Program-made: the position numbers and the translations under genes
The notes under the pieces: generated by a model
The model's database searches: none
What the model was told of the DNA's origin: nothing
Seen by the model: the letters and a program-made list of their open reading frames with translations, nothing else
Origin: an uncultured virus (IMG/VR IMGVR_UViG_3300037963_003145)
Taxonomy: Duplodnaviria > Heunggongvirae > Uroviricota > Caudoviricetes
Direction: 5' to 3' (one strand)
Virus record (IMG/VR): IMGVR_UViG_3300037963_003145
Length of the DNA: 64,000 nt
Shown here: positions 10,631 through 21,085 of the stretch, in pieces
How positions within the stretch are numbered: position 1 is the stretch's first letter
How the letters are laid out: every line of letters starts with the position of its first letter

Positions 10631-11647
10631 ATGGCATATTTTGCTGACAATCCAAACTGTCCGTCTAACTTCCTGTCGGGAGCTGGATTTCAGTTTAGTC
10701 TAAAAAAATTGCCAGGTGTATCTTTTTACTGTCAATCTGCTAATGTACCCTCACAGAATTTAGCTGTAGCAACTCAAGCAACTAGATTCAATACAATACC
10801 AGAACCAGGTGATGAAGTAAATTACGATGACCTGACAATTAGATTCCTGGTAGACGAAGATTTAAAAAATTATCGATCTATTCATAATTGGATTAGATAT
10901 CTAGGTCATCCAGAATCAGCAGATGACTGGAGTACTTATGCTGATGGAGAGTCTTATCAAGAAAAACAATATAGTGACGGAGTATTATTTGTTCTAGATT
11001 CTAATTTTAATAGAAAATTTAGAATTTACTTTAAAGATCTTTTTCCAGTATCTTTATCTGGTTTAAATTTTGATTCTACATATACAGATACAGAATATTT
11101 TGCTGTTGATGCTACCTTTAAGTTCACTATATTCGATATCGAGGAGGTAGGAGCGACTGGTTTTTTTACCGAACCTAGAGAGAAACCAACAATATCACTC
11201 TCTCATGTTTTAGATAGTACAACTTTATCTTTAACATGGACATCAGAAAATGCTGATTATGTAACTATAGATCAGGGAGTTGGTGAGGTTGCAACTTCTG
11301 GAACTGATACGATTGCAAGAACTACTGTTGAAAGTAGTGCTAATAATGGATACATAACGTACACAGCAACAGCATTTGGTAAAGGTGGAAAAGCAGTTGC
11401 ATCTACTGTAGTAAATGTTGCTAATCCTGTCTTAAGTGCAAACATAACTTGCATAGCTATCATTGACGAAAATGATAACAATAGTCTTGCGGCTATGGAA
11501 TCTAAATGGGCACAGTTTAGAACAAATTGGCCCAATAGAAAATTCTATCTATTACAACCTGTGGGAGGTAGTTGGGGTAATCAACTTAATGTCCCTATAG
11601 ATTTCCTAGAAACAACAGACCCATCAACGTATAACGGATCGAGGTAA
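10631..11647 (+). CDS. gp3: Tail completion/sheath stabilizer with ~170-aa C-terminal extension
   Basis: N-terminal ~170 aa gp3-like (FYCQSANVP, FLVDEDLKNY, FKDLFPVSLS); then Ig-like segment and CIAIIDE...WPNRKFYLLQP tail. Confidence 0.85.
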   Translation: MAYFADNPNCPSNFLSGAGFQFSLKKLPGVSFYCQSANVPSQNLAVATQATRFNTIPEPGDEVNYDDLTIRFLVDEDLKNYRSIHNWIRYLGHPESADDWSTYADGESYQEKQYSDGVLFVLDSNFNRKFRIYFKDLFPVSLSGLNFDSTYTDTEYFAVDATFKFTIFDIEEVGATGFFTEPREKPTISLSHVLDSTTLSLTWTSENADYVTIDQGVGEVATSGTDTIARTTVESSANNGYITYTATAFGKGGKAVASTVVNVANPVLSANITCIAIIDENDNNSLAAMESKWAQFRTNWPNRKFYLLQPVGGSWGNQLNVPIDFLETTDPSTYNGSR

Positions 11648-11649
11648 TT

Positions 11650-13185
11650 ATGCCACTGTTTAATTTAACCATGAAACATGTTTTTCCTGGTAGAGGTACT
11701 AGAACTCCAGGATGGGTAGGTAGCACAGCAAATATGTTACAGGAATTTGAAAATTTTTATGAGAACTCGAATGATTTTAATGGACTACCAGATATTTTAA
11801 ATCCAGCTAAATACACTTTAGATTTAATTTATGAACATATAGCTCCTGCAATGACACTTGTGGAATGGATTGAAGCTCAAGAAACTGGTTGGTCTGGACC
11901 TGGAGAGTCGCGAGAAAATGCATATCAAGTTCCCATAAATGATTCTCAAAAACAATTTGCAGTAGAAAATCTCGGTGATGATGCATCACCAGATGCACTT
12001 AGGCATAGATACAAAAAGATGATGGCGGGATCTCCAACATTATCACATACATTTTTTCAATTAAATAGTGATGATGCTTATGGAGGAGTAAATTGGACTG
12101 AAGAGGGTGAGCTAGAAATATATGATATATATAACTTTGAAGGGTGGGGTGACTTCGGTGCTTTCTGGGATGTTCAGGGAGACTGGAAAACACAAATAAA
12201 AGGTATTGCAAAATTTATGGCTGTTGGTATTTTTGGACGGGCGGCCGCTGCTGATAATATACGAGTAAGATCAGCATTAGTTGCTATGGGATACAATCCA
12301 AGTACTGGTGAATTTTGGGATGGAGATCCTGTATCTTTATACAACGATGATCAACTTGCATTTACTTTGTGGAGAAGAAATCAAGAAGACGGAATTCCTG
12401 ATTGGCCAACATTAACATATACAAGAAATTTGTATATTCAAGTTAAATTTACACCAGAAGAAATATGTCAATATAATAAACCTTTGTTTCAAGATGCCGT
12501 TGCAAAAGGATATATAAAATTAACTCAAACTCCTGCTGGTAGTTGTGGACGTATCGCTAATGCTCCTGAATGTTTCGATGGATCGAATGCAACGTATGAA
12601 GTTGGAGCAGCACAACCAATACCATTGCTAGGATTTCCATTTTATCCACCAAATGTGATGACACTTTCAACACCGACAAATACAAGTTCATATAATTATG
12701 GAGCAAGTAATAGATATCCATCACCATACACTAGTTTTCAACAACAAATAACTAATAATTTAAATTTTTTAGGTCCATATGCAAAGTTAGGTGATATAAC
12801 TGGTCGGGTAAGATTAATACTTACGGGTGAAGGCGAAGGAGTTGGTCAGCCAGCATTTGTTGCTCAATGCTGGGATGAATTTGATGATGGACCAAATAAT
12901 GTAGATAATAATGGAGTTCAATATTTGTCAAAGAGTGATTGGTGGGATACATGCGATACAGTATTTGTCACCATGAGACTTGCAATTTTTGATAACAATC
13001 CAATTTATCTTAATTTTCAAGGTGAAGGTGGTGTTGAAGTTGCAGTAAAATCTTATAGTGGTCCAGCCGCAGATGATGTTTGGCAACCTACGTATAACAT
13101 AACTCAGTCACCATTTGGTTCGGTATCTTTATCTGGATTGATTGGAATGGCAGCTGCAACGGCGGCCACAGGATTTTTAGTATAG
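11650..13185 (+). CDS. Hypothetical protein (511 aa), possibly structural
   Basis: Long ORF, GAGG RBS, hydrophobic C-terminus; no family recognised. Confidence 0.8.
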   Translation: MPLFNLTMKHVFPGRGTRTPGWVGSTANMLQEFENFYENSNDFNGLPDILNPAKYTLDLIYEHIAPAMTLVEWIEAQETGWSGPGESRENAYQVPINDSQKQFAVENLGDDASPDALRHRYKKMMAGSPTLSHTFFQLNSDDAYGGVNWTEEGELEIYDIYNFEGWGDFGAFWDVQGDWKTQIKGIAKFMAVGIFGRAAAADNIRVRSALVAMGYNPSTGEFWDGDPVSLYNDDQLAFTLWRRNQEDGIPDWPTLTYTRNLYIQVKFTPEEICQYNKPLFQDAVAKGYIKLTQTPAGSCGRIANAPECFDGSNATYEVGAAQPIPLLGFPFYPPNVMTLSTPTNTSSYNYGASNRYPSPYTSFQQQITNNLNFLGPYAKLGDITGRVRLILTGEGEGVGQPAFVAQCWDEFDDGPNNVDNNGVQYLSKSDWWDTCDTVFVTMRLAIFDNNPIYLNFQGEGGVEVAVKSYSGPAADDVWQPTYNITQSPFGSVSLSGLIGMAAATAATGFLV

Positions 13186-13195
13186 GAGATAAATC

Positions 13196-15175
13196 ATGCC
13201 AGCAATTACATCTCAAAATAAAAATTACTTTAAAGGATATTTAAAAAGACATAGAAAAAGATTTACCAGTGATCTACAACTAATAAATTTATCTGATTTA
13301 ACAGATGTTTTTGATCAATTAGATTCAAATTTAACTATAGGAACGCAAACTGTTAAGGTTGGATTATACGGAACACAGTCTGATCCACCATTAGATATAT
13401 CTTCACTAACAAATAATGAATTTTTATATTTACCTGCACAAGCTGGAGATGCTATTTTTCTAAAAACTGGTTATATAACAACTAAACTAACATACACTGG
13501 TCAAAATGCTTTTAATCATGTAAGATCGGACAACACAATTGCTTCATATGGAATTAATTCTCCTTTAACTATTGGAAACAAAACTATTGTAGCAAAAGGT
13601 TTTGGTGGAATATTATTGACCGTTGAAGATGCTCCAACATATACGATAACAGATAATGCTGTTGAAAATCCATCAGGGGATGGCAATATTTTTGATATAA
13701 TAGAGGGTGGAACTATAACATATAATATAACAACTACTAATGTACCAGATGGAACTATTGTTTATTATACATTAGGTGGTTCTGTAGAAGCTAATGATTT
13801 TGTTTCTGCGACAACTGGTTATATACAATTTCAAAATAATCAAGCATCACTATCTCTAGAAACTGCTTTTGATCTTTCATCTACAGAAAGTGAAACTTTT
13901 TATCTACAATTAAGAAGTGTTGGTATCACTGGACCAATAATTGCAGAAGGAAGACAAATTACATTAGTTGATAAAGTTGTAACTTGTTCAATTGCAGAAT
14001 CTGCAACAACAATTGCTGAAGGATCTTCTATTACATATACTGTCACCACATCTGGATTGGATAATGGCACAGTTCTAACTTTTCAATCATCAAATACATC
14101 TGACGTTGTTCCAGCATCTGGAAATATAACCATAAACAATAACACTGCATCATTTACGGTTGCAGCTGCAGAAGACGTTTTTGTAGAAAGTGATGAAACA
14201 TTTACGGTAGATGTAAAATATATCAATAATGTTCTTGCAACTAGTAGTGAAGCAACTATTCAAAACACCACATCATATACTTTTGCTGTATCCGCATCAA
14301 CAGTTAGTGAGAACAATGACGTAACTTTTACTATTAATACTACTGGAATTCCAAATGGAACTGGATTAAGTTATGTAGCAAGTTTGAACAATATTGATCT
14401 TTCTCCATCAACTGGCAATTTTACAATTAACAATAATACTGCCTCTATAACAATAAAGGCGTTACAAGATTTAAAAGTAGAGTCTGCTGAGAATTTTTAT
14501 CTTGACATAAGATCTGGTGGTACTACTGTAGCAACTACATCTACAGTTTCAATTACAGATACACCATTTACTATTGCTGTAACGCCCGATCAACCATTTA
14601 ATATAGATGAATCTATATTAGGTTCTACTACATCCACCACATTTACGATAACAACTACTGGAGTTGGGGATGGCACTGTTTTAAGTGTATTACCTTCAAC
14701 GGGAAATAATTTAGATATTAGTTTGTCATCTTCTTCTATAATAATAAACAACAACACGGCAACAGTAACTGCAACCATAGTTAGGGATGCAAGGACTGAA
14801 GGTGTTGAAACAATGAATCTCAAATTTAGAAACACTTCTGGAGATACAGTAATTACATCTCCCACTATTACAGTTACAGATACATCTTTTGTTGGATCGA
14901 GACAAGATAATAAAACATTTGGTCCTATTACAGTTGCTAGAGACAATAATCTTGAACAATATGCTTCAGACTACTACACAATTTGTGGCCTAGATAGTGT
15001 ACCAGACGGCGGAAAAATTGCAATCTTTGTTGATAACTCTGGTAGTATGACTACTGGTACAATTAGAGCATCTATCAACAAACTATTGCTTAGATTACAA
15101 CCCAGAAACATTTCTATTGTAGTTGTAGAAAATCCTTCCGAAGACTGGATTTCATCATTTGATACTCCACTATGA
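13196..15175 (+). CDS. Structural protein with Calx-beta/Ig-like repeats and C-terminal VWA-like half-domain
   Basis: Four ~100-aa repeats (EG..IT.TI.TT..PDGT...INNNTAS...E.F); C-terminal IFVDNSGSM (DxSxS). Confidence 0.75.
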   Translation: MPAITSQNKNYFKGYLKRHRKRFTSDLQLINLSDLTDVFDQLDSNLTIGTQTVKVGLYGTQSDPPLDISSLTNNEFLYLPAQAGDAIFLKTGYITTKLTYTGQNAFNHVRSDNTIASYGINSPLTIGNKTIVAKGFGGILLTVEDAPTYTITDNAVENPSGDGNIFDIIEGGTITYNITTTNVPDGTIVYYTLGGSVEANDFVSATTGYIQFQNNQASLSLETAFDLSSTESETFYLQLRSVGITGPIIAEGRQITLVDKVVTCSIAESATTIAEGSSITYTVTTSGLDNGTVLTFQSSNTSDVVPASGNITINNNTASFTVAAAEDVFVESDETFTVDVKYINNVLATSSEATIQNTTSYTFAVSASTVSENNDVTFTINTTGIPNGTGLSYVASLNNIDLSPSTGNFTINNNTASITIKALQDLKVESAENFYLDIRSGGTTVATTSTVSITDTPFTIAVTPDQPFNIDESILGSTTSTTFTITTTGVGDGTVLSVLPSTGNNLDISLSSSSIIINNNTATVTATIVRDARTEGVETMNLKFRNTSGDTVITSPTITVTDTSFVGSRQDNKTFGPITVARDNNLEQYASDYYTICGLDSVPDGGKIAIFVDNSGSMTTGTIRASINKLLLRLQPRNISIVVVENPSEDWISSFDTPL

Positions 15176-15603
15176 TCACACTTGACGATATTAAATCCCA
15201 ATGGGCTGAAGACTCAAAAATTGAACAAGATCTATTAGACGAAGAATCAATCAAAATTCCACAACTACACAGCAAGTATCTAAACTACTTGTCTGATGTA
15301 AGGTTGTTGAAAATAAAAAAAGAATATGAATATAAATCTCTACTCAGAGATAAATTTGAGTATTACACAGGTAAAGCAGAACCAAGTGTGTACCAAGAAA
15401 AACCTTTTGATCTAAAAATACTAAAACAAGATCTAGGACTGTATATGGATTCCGATCCTGAATTACAGCTTCTACAAACTCGTATAAATTATTATGAAGA
15501 GATTATGTTTTTTCTTGACAAGGTTCTTCATTGTTTAAACAACAGAGGTTTCCAAATCAAGAATAGTATTGATTGGCAAAAATTTATGCAAGGTAGTATT
15601 TGA
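15172..15603 (+). CDS. uvsY: Recombination mediator UvsY
   Basis: IPQLHSKY, YYTGKA, NRGFQIKNSIDW. Confidence 0.93.
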   Translation: MITLDDIKSQWAEDSKIEQDLLDEESIKIPQLHSKYLNYLSDVRLLKIKKEYEYKSLLRDKFEYYTGKAEPSVYQEKPFDLKILKQDLGLYMDSDPELQLLQTRINYYEEIMFFLDKVLHCLNNRGFQIKNSIDWQKFMQGSI

Positions 15604-17078
15604 TGACTGATGTTACTATTCAGAAGAAGAACGAAGTATATTTAACTGTTGAGTGTGAACCGCATATTAAATATGAACTTTCGGAGTATTTTACTTTTGA
15701 GGTTCCAAACGCAAAGTTTATGCCCCAATACAAGAAAAGGTTGTGGGATGGAACTATAAAGCTTTTTAGTCCTGGAGACGGTAAAATATATTGTGGTTTG
15801 TATAGTTACTTGACTGAATGGTTAGACTCTAGAGGATATAGTTACGAAGATAAAGATAATGAATATTATGGATTACCACAAGAATCAAATGATTTAGTAT
15901 CTGAAAGTGGTGTTGTAGATTTTGTAAAGAGTTTACATATTCCATTTAAGGTAAGAGACTATCAATATTATGCAATCTATCAAGCATTAAAATATAACCG
16001 AAGATTATTATTATCTCCTACGGCATCTGGTAAATCTTTGATGATTTATTCTATTACCAGATTTTTTACCAACAGAGGAGACAACGTATTAATTGTTGTA
16101 CCAACTACATCTCTTGTAGAACAGATGTGTGGTGACTTTGATACCTATGGTTGGTCATCTGCAGATAACTGTCACAAAATATATGCTGGTAAAGATAAAC
16201 ATACATCAAAACAAGTTACCGTAACCACTTGGCAATCTATCTACAAGATGCCGAAGAGTTACTTTGAAACTTTTGATTGTGTAATTGGAGATGAAGCACA
16301 TTTATTTAAAGCAAAGTCTTTGATTAATATCATGACTAAGTTACATAATTGTAAACACCGAATTGGATTTACAGGAACACTAGATGGTTCTAGTACAAAC
16401 CAGTTAGTCCTTGAGGGATTATTTGGACCAGTCAATAAAGTTGTAAAAACAAAACAACTGATTGATAAAGGACATCTATCTGCTCTCAAAATTAATATCC
16501 TTCTATTACAACATCAAGAGTTGTTGTTTGATTCTTATCAGGATGAGATGGATCATATTTGTACTCTGGAACGGAGAAACAAATTTATAGAAAGATTAGC
16601 ATTAAACCAGTCAGGCAATACACTTATCCTATTTGCATACGTAGAGAAGCACGGTCAGGTACTTTACGATATGATAAATAGCAGTGTATCGGAACATAGA
16701 AAAGTATTCTTTGTTCACGGAGGAGTTGATACCGAAGACCGAGAAAAAGTAAGACAGATCACTGAACTTCAGAATGATGCCATAATCATTGCTTCTTACG
16801 GAACATTTTCCACAGGTATTAACATTAAAAGATTACACAATATTATATTTGCTAGTCCAAGTAAATCAAGGATTAGGAACTTGCAGTCTATTGGAAGAGC
16901 TCTACGTAAAGGTAACCAAAAAGAAATAGCAACACTATATGATATTGCAGATGATTTTACAAAAGGAGAAAGAAGAAATTACACTCTAAATCACATGGTA
17001 GAGAGAGTAAAAACTTATTCCCAAGAAAGTTTTAATTATGAGATTATTCCAATCAATTTTAGGAGAAAGGAAGAATGA
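15603..17078 (+). CDS. uvsW: UvsW helicase
   Basis: SPTASGKS, DEAH, QSIGR SF2 motifs. Confidence 0.97.
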   Translation: MTDVTIQKKNEVYLTVECEPHIKYELSEYFTFEVPNAKFMPQYKKRLWDGTIKLFSPGDGKIYCGLYSYLTEWLDSRGYSYEDKDNEYYGLPQESNDLVSESGVVDFVKSLHIPFKVRDYQYYAIYQALKYNRRLLLSPTASGKSLMIYSITRFFTNRGDNVLIVVPTTSLVEQMCGDFDTYGWSSADNCHKIYAGKDKHTSKQVTVTTWQSIYKMPKSYFETFDCVIGDEAHLFKAKSLINIMTKLHNCKHRIGFTGTLDGSSTNQLVLEGLFGPVNKVVKTKQLIDKGHLSALKINILLLQHQELLFDSYQDEMDHICTLERRNKFIERLALNQSGNTLILFAYVEKHGQVLYDMINSSVSEHRKVFFVHGGVDTEDREKVRQITELQNDAIIIASYGTFSTGINIKRLHNIIFASPSKSRIRNLQSIGRALRKGNQKEIATLYDIADDFTKGERRNYTLNHMVERVKTYSQESFNYEIIPINFRRKEE

Positions 17079-17473
17079 TGTATTCAGAGTTTATCGGGAT
17101 GATAAAGTTAGTTAGTGGTGAAGAAGTAATTGGTAGTGTATTGGTGTGTGAGGAAGAGAATGGATTTGTAGTAGAAACTCCCTTTAGCATTGATGAAACA
17201 ATTATAGAAACACCAGCAGGAGAAATGGTTAAAGTTGATCTACGACCATGGATAAAGTTTTCTGCTGAAGAAATTATTTTTATTGAAAAAGAAAAGACTA
17301 TTACTGTCTATGAAGCAGATGAAAGAATAACAAAAATATATAACCGAACACTTCGTAAATATCTACATCAAGAGGATAATACAAGTCAACTACCTTTAGA
17401 TGAAGAGATGGGATTTAAAACAAAAGTAGATGATGCAAGAAATAGCTTAGAGAAGATCTTTAAAGATAGCTAA
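17075..17473 (+). CDS. Conserved hypothetical protein (Sm-like fold suspected)
   Basis: IKLVSGEEVI...PW; typical position between uvsW and gp55. Confidence 0.75.
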   Translation: MMYSEFIGMIKLVSGEEVIGSVLVCEEENGFVVETPFSIDETIIETPAGEMVKVDLRPWIKFSAEEIIFIEKEKTITVYEADERITKIYNRTLRKYLHQEDNTSQLPLDEEMGFKTKVDDARNSLEKIFKDS

Positions 17474-17499
17474 TCTGTTCCCTGAACCTTAGCAGAGTT

Positions 17500-17528
17500 A
17501 TTATACAGAGATTTCAGCCACTTGTCAA
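17500..17528 (-). promoter_or_regulatory. Consensus sigma70 promoter on minus strand (antisense)
   Basis: TTGACA-17-TATAAT on minus strand. Confidence 0.8.
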
Positions 17529-17550
17529 GTCTTTGATAATGTGGTATAGT
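17522..17550 (+). promoter_or_regulatory. Sigma70-type promoter for gp55
   Basis: TTGTCA-17-TATAGT with TG extension. Confidence 0.7.
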
Positions 17551-17588
17551 ACTAACAATTACAAAAGCTAATAGCTTAAATATGTACC

Positions 17589-18059
17589 ATGAAGAAAAAA
17601 GAACACTATGTAAATAACAAAGAATTTCTAGAGGCGATTACTGTCTATCGAAATAAAGTTCTCAAATCAAAAGAACTCGGTGAACCAAAACCAAGAGTTC
17701 CAGAATACATTGGTGAATGTTTTTTAAAAATTGCAACTCACTTATCTTATCGTCCTAACTTTGTGAACTATATGTTCAAAGATGATATGATTTGTGATGG
17801 TATCGAAAACTGTCTTCAGTACATTGATAACTTTGATCCACAAAAATCTTCAAACCCTTTTGCTTATTTTACTCAGATAATTTACTTTGCTTTCCTACGT
17901 AGGATTCAGAGAGAAAAGAAACAGTTAGATATTAAAACTAGAATCTTAGAGAAGTCTGGTTTTGATGAAGTATTTTCTGCAGATAGTTCGGTGATGGGAT
18001 ATGACTCATCTACTATGAACAGTATTAAAGAGTCCCTTGAAATTAAAGTTAATCGATGA
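17589..18059 (+). CDS. gp55: Late-transcription sigma factor
   Basis: HYVNNKEF, NPFAYFTQIIYFAFLRRI. Confidence 0.97.
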   Translation: MKKKEHYVNNKEFLEAITVYRNKVLKSKELGEPKPRVPEYIGECFLKIATHLSYRPNFVNYMFKDDMICDGIENCLQYIDNFDPQKSSNPFAYFTQIIYFAFLRRIQREKKQLDIKTRILEKSGFDEVFSADSSVMGYDSSTMNSIKESLEIKVNR

Positions 18060-19105
18060 CAATTGCTCTGATTACAGACCAGCATCTAGATGGTCGTAAA
18101 AGTTCCCAGATCTTCTGGGACTATTTTATTAAATTTTACGAAAACGTATTCTTTCCATCATTGGAAAAATACAAGATAAAAACTATTATTGATCTAGGGG
18201 ATACCTTCGACAACCGGAAAGGTATTGACCTTGGTGCATGGTATCGTATCAAGAAAAATTATTACGATAAACTTGCTAGTATGGGTATCACTGTTCACAT
18301 GATTGTGGGCAATCACACCGCATATTATAAGAATACTAATACAATCAATACTCCTGATTTACTTCTGGAACAGTATGATAATATTCACATCTATAGTGAA
18401 GTAGAAGATATTGTAGTTGATGGTTTAAAGATCACAATGCTTCCTTGGATTAATTCTGAGAATCACGAATCATCTTTTGAGCATCTAAAGAATACTGACT
18501 CAACTATAGTTATGGGTCACCTTGAAATCTCTGGATTCCAGGCAATCCCTGGTCATGTATTTGAAGGTGGTATTAAAGCAGATGCATTTAGTAAATTTGA
18601 TAAAGTATTGTCTGGACACTTCCACCACAAATCAGAACGTGGAAACATTAAGTATCTTGGAAATCCATACGAAATGTTCTGGAATGATTATAAGGCAGAA
18701 AGAGGATTTCATCTATTAGATCCTAAAACTAAAAAATTAGGATTTATTAAAAATCCTTATAGTATCTTTAAGAAAATTTACTATAATGATAAAACAAATG
18801 ACTACAATAAATTTGATCCATCTGAATACCAAGATACATATATCAAAATATTTGTAGAGGAAAGAACAGATAATGTCATGTTTGAAAAAGTTTTAGAAAA
18901 GCTTTATGACATTGGAGTTCATGATATCAAAGTTATTGAAACTGATAATCTAGATCTAGGTGACAGTGAAGAAACTTTTGAAGGTGAAGATACCCTCACC
19001 ACATTAAACAGATATATAGATGAAACTGAGAATATAAATTTAGATAGAAATAGTATCAAAAGTATTATTAAATCAATTTATGTCGAAGCCTGCGAGGTAC
19101 AATAA
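18056..19105 (+). CDS. gp47: Recombination endonuclease (Mre11/SbcD-like)
   Basis: TDQH, DLGDTFD, GNH, SGHFH metallophosphoesterase motifs. Confidence 0.96.
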   Translation: MTIALITDQHLDGRKSSQIFWDYFIKFYENVFFPSLEKYKIKTIIDLGDTFDNRKGIDLGAWYRIKKNYYDKLASMGITVHMIVGNHTAYYKNTNTINTPDLLLEQYDNIHIYSEVEDIVVDGLKITMLPWINSENHESSFEHLKNTDSTIVMGHLEISGFQAIPGHVFEGGIKADAFSKFDKVLSGHFHHKSERGNIKYLGNPYEMFWNDYKAERGFHLLDPKTKKLGFIKNPYSIFKKIYYNDKTNDYNKFDPSEYQDTYIKIFVEERTDNVMFEKVLEKLYDIGVHDIKVIETDNLDLGDSEETFEGEDTLTTLNRYIDETENINLDRNSIKSIIKSIYVEACEVQ

Positions 19106-19380
19106 TGTTCATTCTAACGATGACGGATGCTGACTCCGAGGGTGCATATGCAGTAATCACAAAAGAGGGAGATAAGGTTCTTCAATTATTTGAACAATCT
19201 GACGATGCAGAAAGATACATCGGTCTCCTAGAAGCTGATGGTTTCCCTTCTGTTGAAGCAACCGAAATCGAAGGTGAACAGGTAGTTGCGGCTTGTGAGA
19301 AATTCGGGTATAATTACGTTATAATAACACCAGACGACTTTGTAATCCCACCAAAATTTGATTCGCATGATTTTATTTAA
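19105..19380 (+). CDS. Conserved hypothetical protein
   Basis: EGAYAV...FEQSDDAERY...DDFVIPP; between gp47 and gp46. Confidence 0.8.
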   Translation: MFILTMTDADSEGAYAVITKEGDKVLQLFEQSDDAERYIGLLEADGFPSVEATEIEGEQVVAACEKFGYNYVIITPDDFVIPPKFDSHDFI

Positions 19381-21085
19381 GAGTGTAACTTATAAAAACT
19401 TCCTTGCCACTGGAAACAATCCTATAACAATCTCTCTAGATTCTACAAACACGACGTTGATCGTGGGACAGAATGGTGCTGGTAAGAGTACCATCATTGA
19501 AGCAATTGTATTTGCTTTGTTCAATAAATCTTTTCGTAAGGTAAATAAAAGTCAACTCATTAATAGTATTAATGAAAAGGATTGTGTAGTAGAAGTTGTA
19601 TTTCAAATTGGTACTACAGAGTGGTTAGTTCGTCGTGGAATGAAACCCGGTATTTTTGAAATTTATAAGAATGGAGTTTTACTAGATCAACAATCATCTG
19701 CAGTAGATCAGCAGAAATGGTTTGAACAGTATGTGTTAAAACTTAATTACAAATCATTCACTCAAATTGTTGTACTTGGATCTTCTACATTTGTTCCCTT
19801 TATGCAGTTGCCTGCTGCATCACGTAGAGAGATCATTGAGGATCTTCTAGACATTCGTATCTTCTCTACGATGAATGTTATCCTAAAAGATAAAGTAAAA
19901 TCTTCTACAGAAGAACTTAAAAATTATGAGACTGATATTGCTTTTCTAAAAGAGAAAGCAGAAATGCAAAGTAATCATATTAAGTCTCTGGAAAAAACAG
20001 CAAGGAAAACAATATCTCAGAAGGAAGATAAGATTGTAGAACTTGAAGAAGGTATTAAAACACTAGATGGTGAGATTGAATTTTCAAATTCTCTTGTGAA
20101 TCAAATGATGACTGAGTTATCTAAATTTGATGGTGTTGATAAACAAGTTAAAAAATTAGAAAAAGAAATTACTACAAATGTAAATTTAATCAGTAGAACA
20201 AAGAAAGAACAAAATTTCTTTGAGGAAAATGATGTCTGTCCAAAATGTACACAGTCATTAACTGCAGAAGTTAAAACTAAACATATTGATCAAGCTTCTA
20301 AAATTATTAACGAGTCAACTAAAATTGTAGAAAAATATAAAAAACAATTAGAGAAAGCAGATAAGTTAATCAAGAAACAAACTGATATGAATAGGGAAGT
20401 ATCAGATATTAACTGGTCTGTTAAATCAAAACTACAGACTATCAAGACAACTCAAAAAATTATCTCAGATATTAAGAATGAGATTGAAGAGTTGAGAAAT
20501 GACAATCTTGATATTGATGGTGAAAAAGAAAAACTGGTTGCTATCGGCAATCAAGGTTTATCAGTTCAAAAATCTATTGGTGAAGTAAAAGAAACTAAAA
20601 GAAATTATGATGTAATTTCTTCTTTACTCAAAGATGGTGGTATCAAATCAATGATCATTAGGAAGTATCTTCCTGTAATGAATCAGTTGATTAATAAGTA
20701 TCTTCAAGAACTTGACTTCTATGTAAACTTTACATTGGATGAAGAATTCAATGAGAGTATCAAATCTAGACACAGAGATGATTTTACATATAGTTCTTTT
20801 AGTGAGGGAGAGAAGATGAGAATTGACCTTGCTCTTATGTTTACTTGGAGAGCTATTGCTAAACTTAAGAACTCTGCAAATACAAATCTTCTTATCTTAG
20901 ATGAAGTTTTTGATTCATCTCTAGATGTTGGTGGTACTGATGAGTTCCTTAGAATTATCCGAGGAGTTCAAGACGATACTAACGTCTTTATCATCTCTCA
21001 TAAAGGTGATGTTCTGCTTGATAAATTTGATAGGGTTATGAAATTTGACAAGGTTAAAAACTTTAGTAAGGTAACAATATCATGA
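19367..21085 (+). CDS. gp46: Recombination ATPase (Rad50/SbcC-like)
   Basis: GQNGAGKS, CPKC hook, FSEGE, LILDEVFD. Confidence 0.97.
   Translation: MILFKSVTYKNFLATGNNPITISLDSTNTTLIVGQNGAGKSTIIEAIVFALFNKSFRKVNKSQLINSINEKDCVVEVVFQIGTTEWLVRRGMKPGIFEIYKNGVLLDQQSSAVDQQKWFEQYVLKLNYKSFTQIVVLGSSTFVPFMQLPAASRREIIEDLLDIRIFSTMNVILKDKVKSSTEELKNYETDIAFLKEKAEMQSNHIKSLEKTARKTISQKEDKIVELEEGIKTLDGEIEFSNSLVNQMMTELSKFDGVDKQVKKLEKEITTNVNLISRTKKEQNFFEENDVCPKCTQSLTAEVKTKHIDQASKIINESTKIVEKYKKQLEKADKLIKKQTDMNREVSDINWSVKSKLQTIKTTQKIISDIKNEIEELRNDNLDIDGEKEKLVAIGNQGLSVQKSIGEVKETKRNYDVISSLLKDGGIKSMIIRKYLPVMNQLINKYLQELDFYVNFTLDEEFNESIKSRHRDDFTYSSFSEGEKMRIDLALMFTWRAIAKLKNSANTNLLILDEVFDSSLDVGGTDEFLRIIRGVQDDTNVFIISHKGDVLLDKFDRVMKFDKVKNFSKVTIS

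Noticed and set aside
11644..14901. Group I/II intron or transposon explaining the gp3 cassette
   Set aside because: Almost fully protein-coding; no intron core, transposase or terminal inverted repeats.
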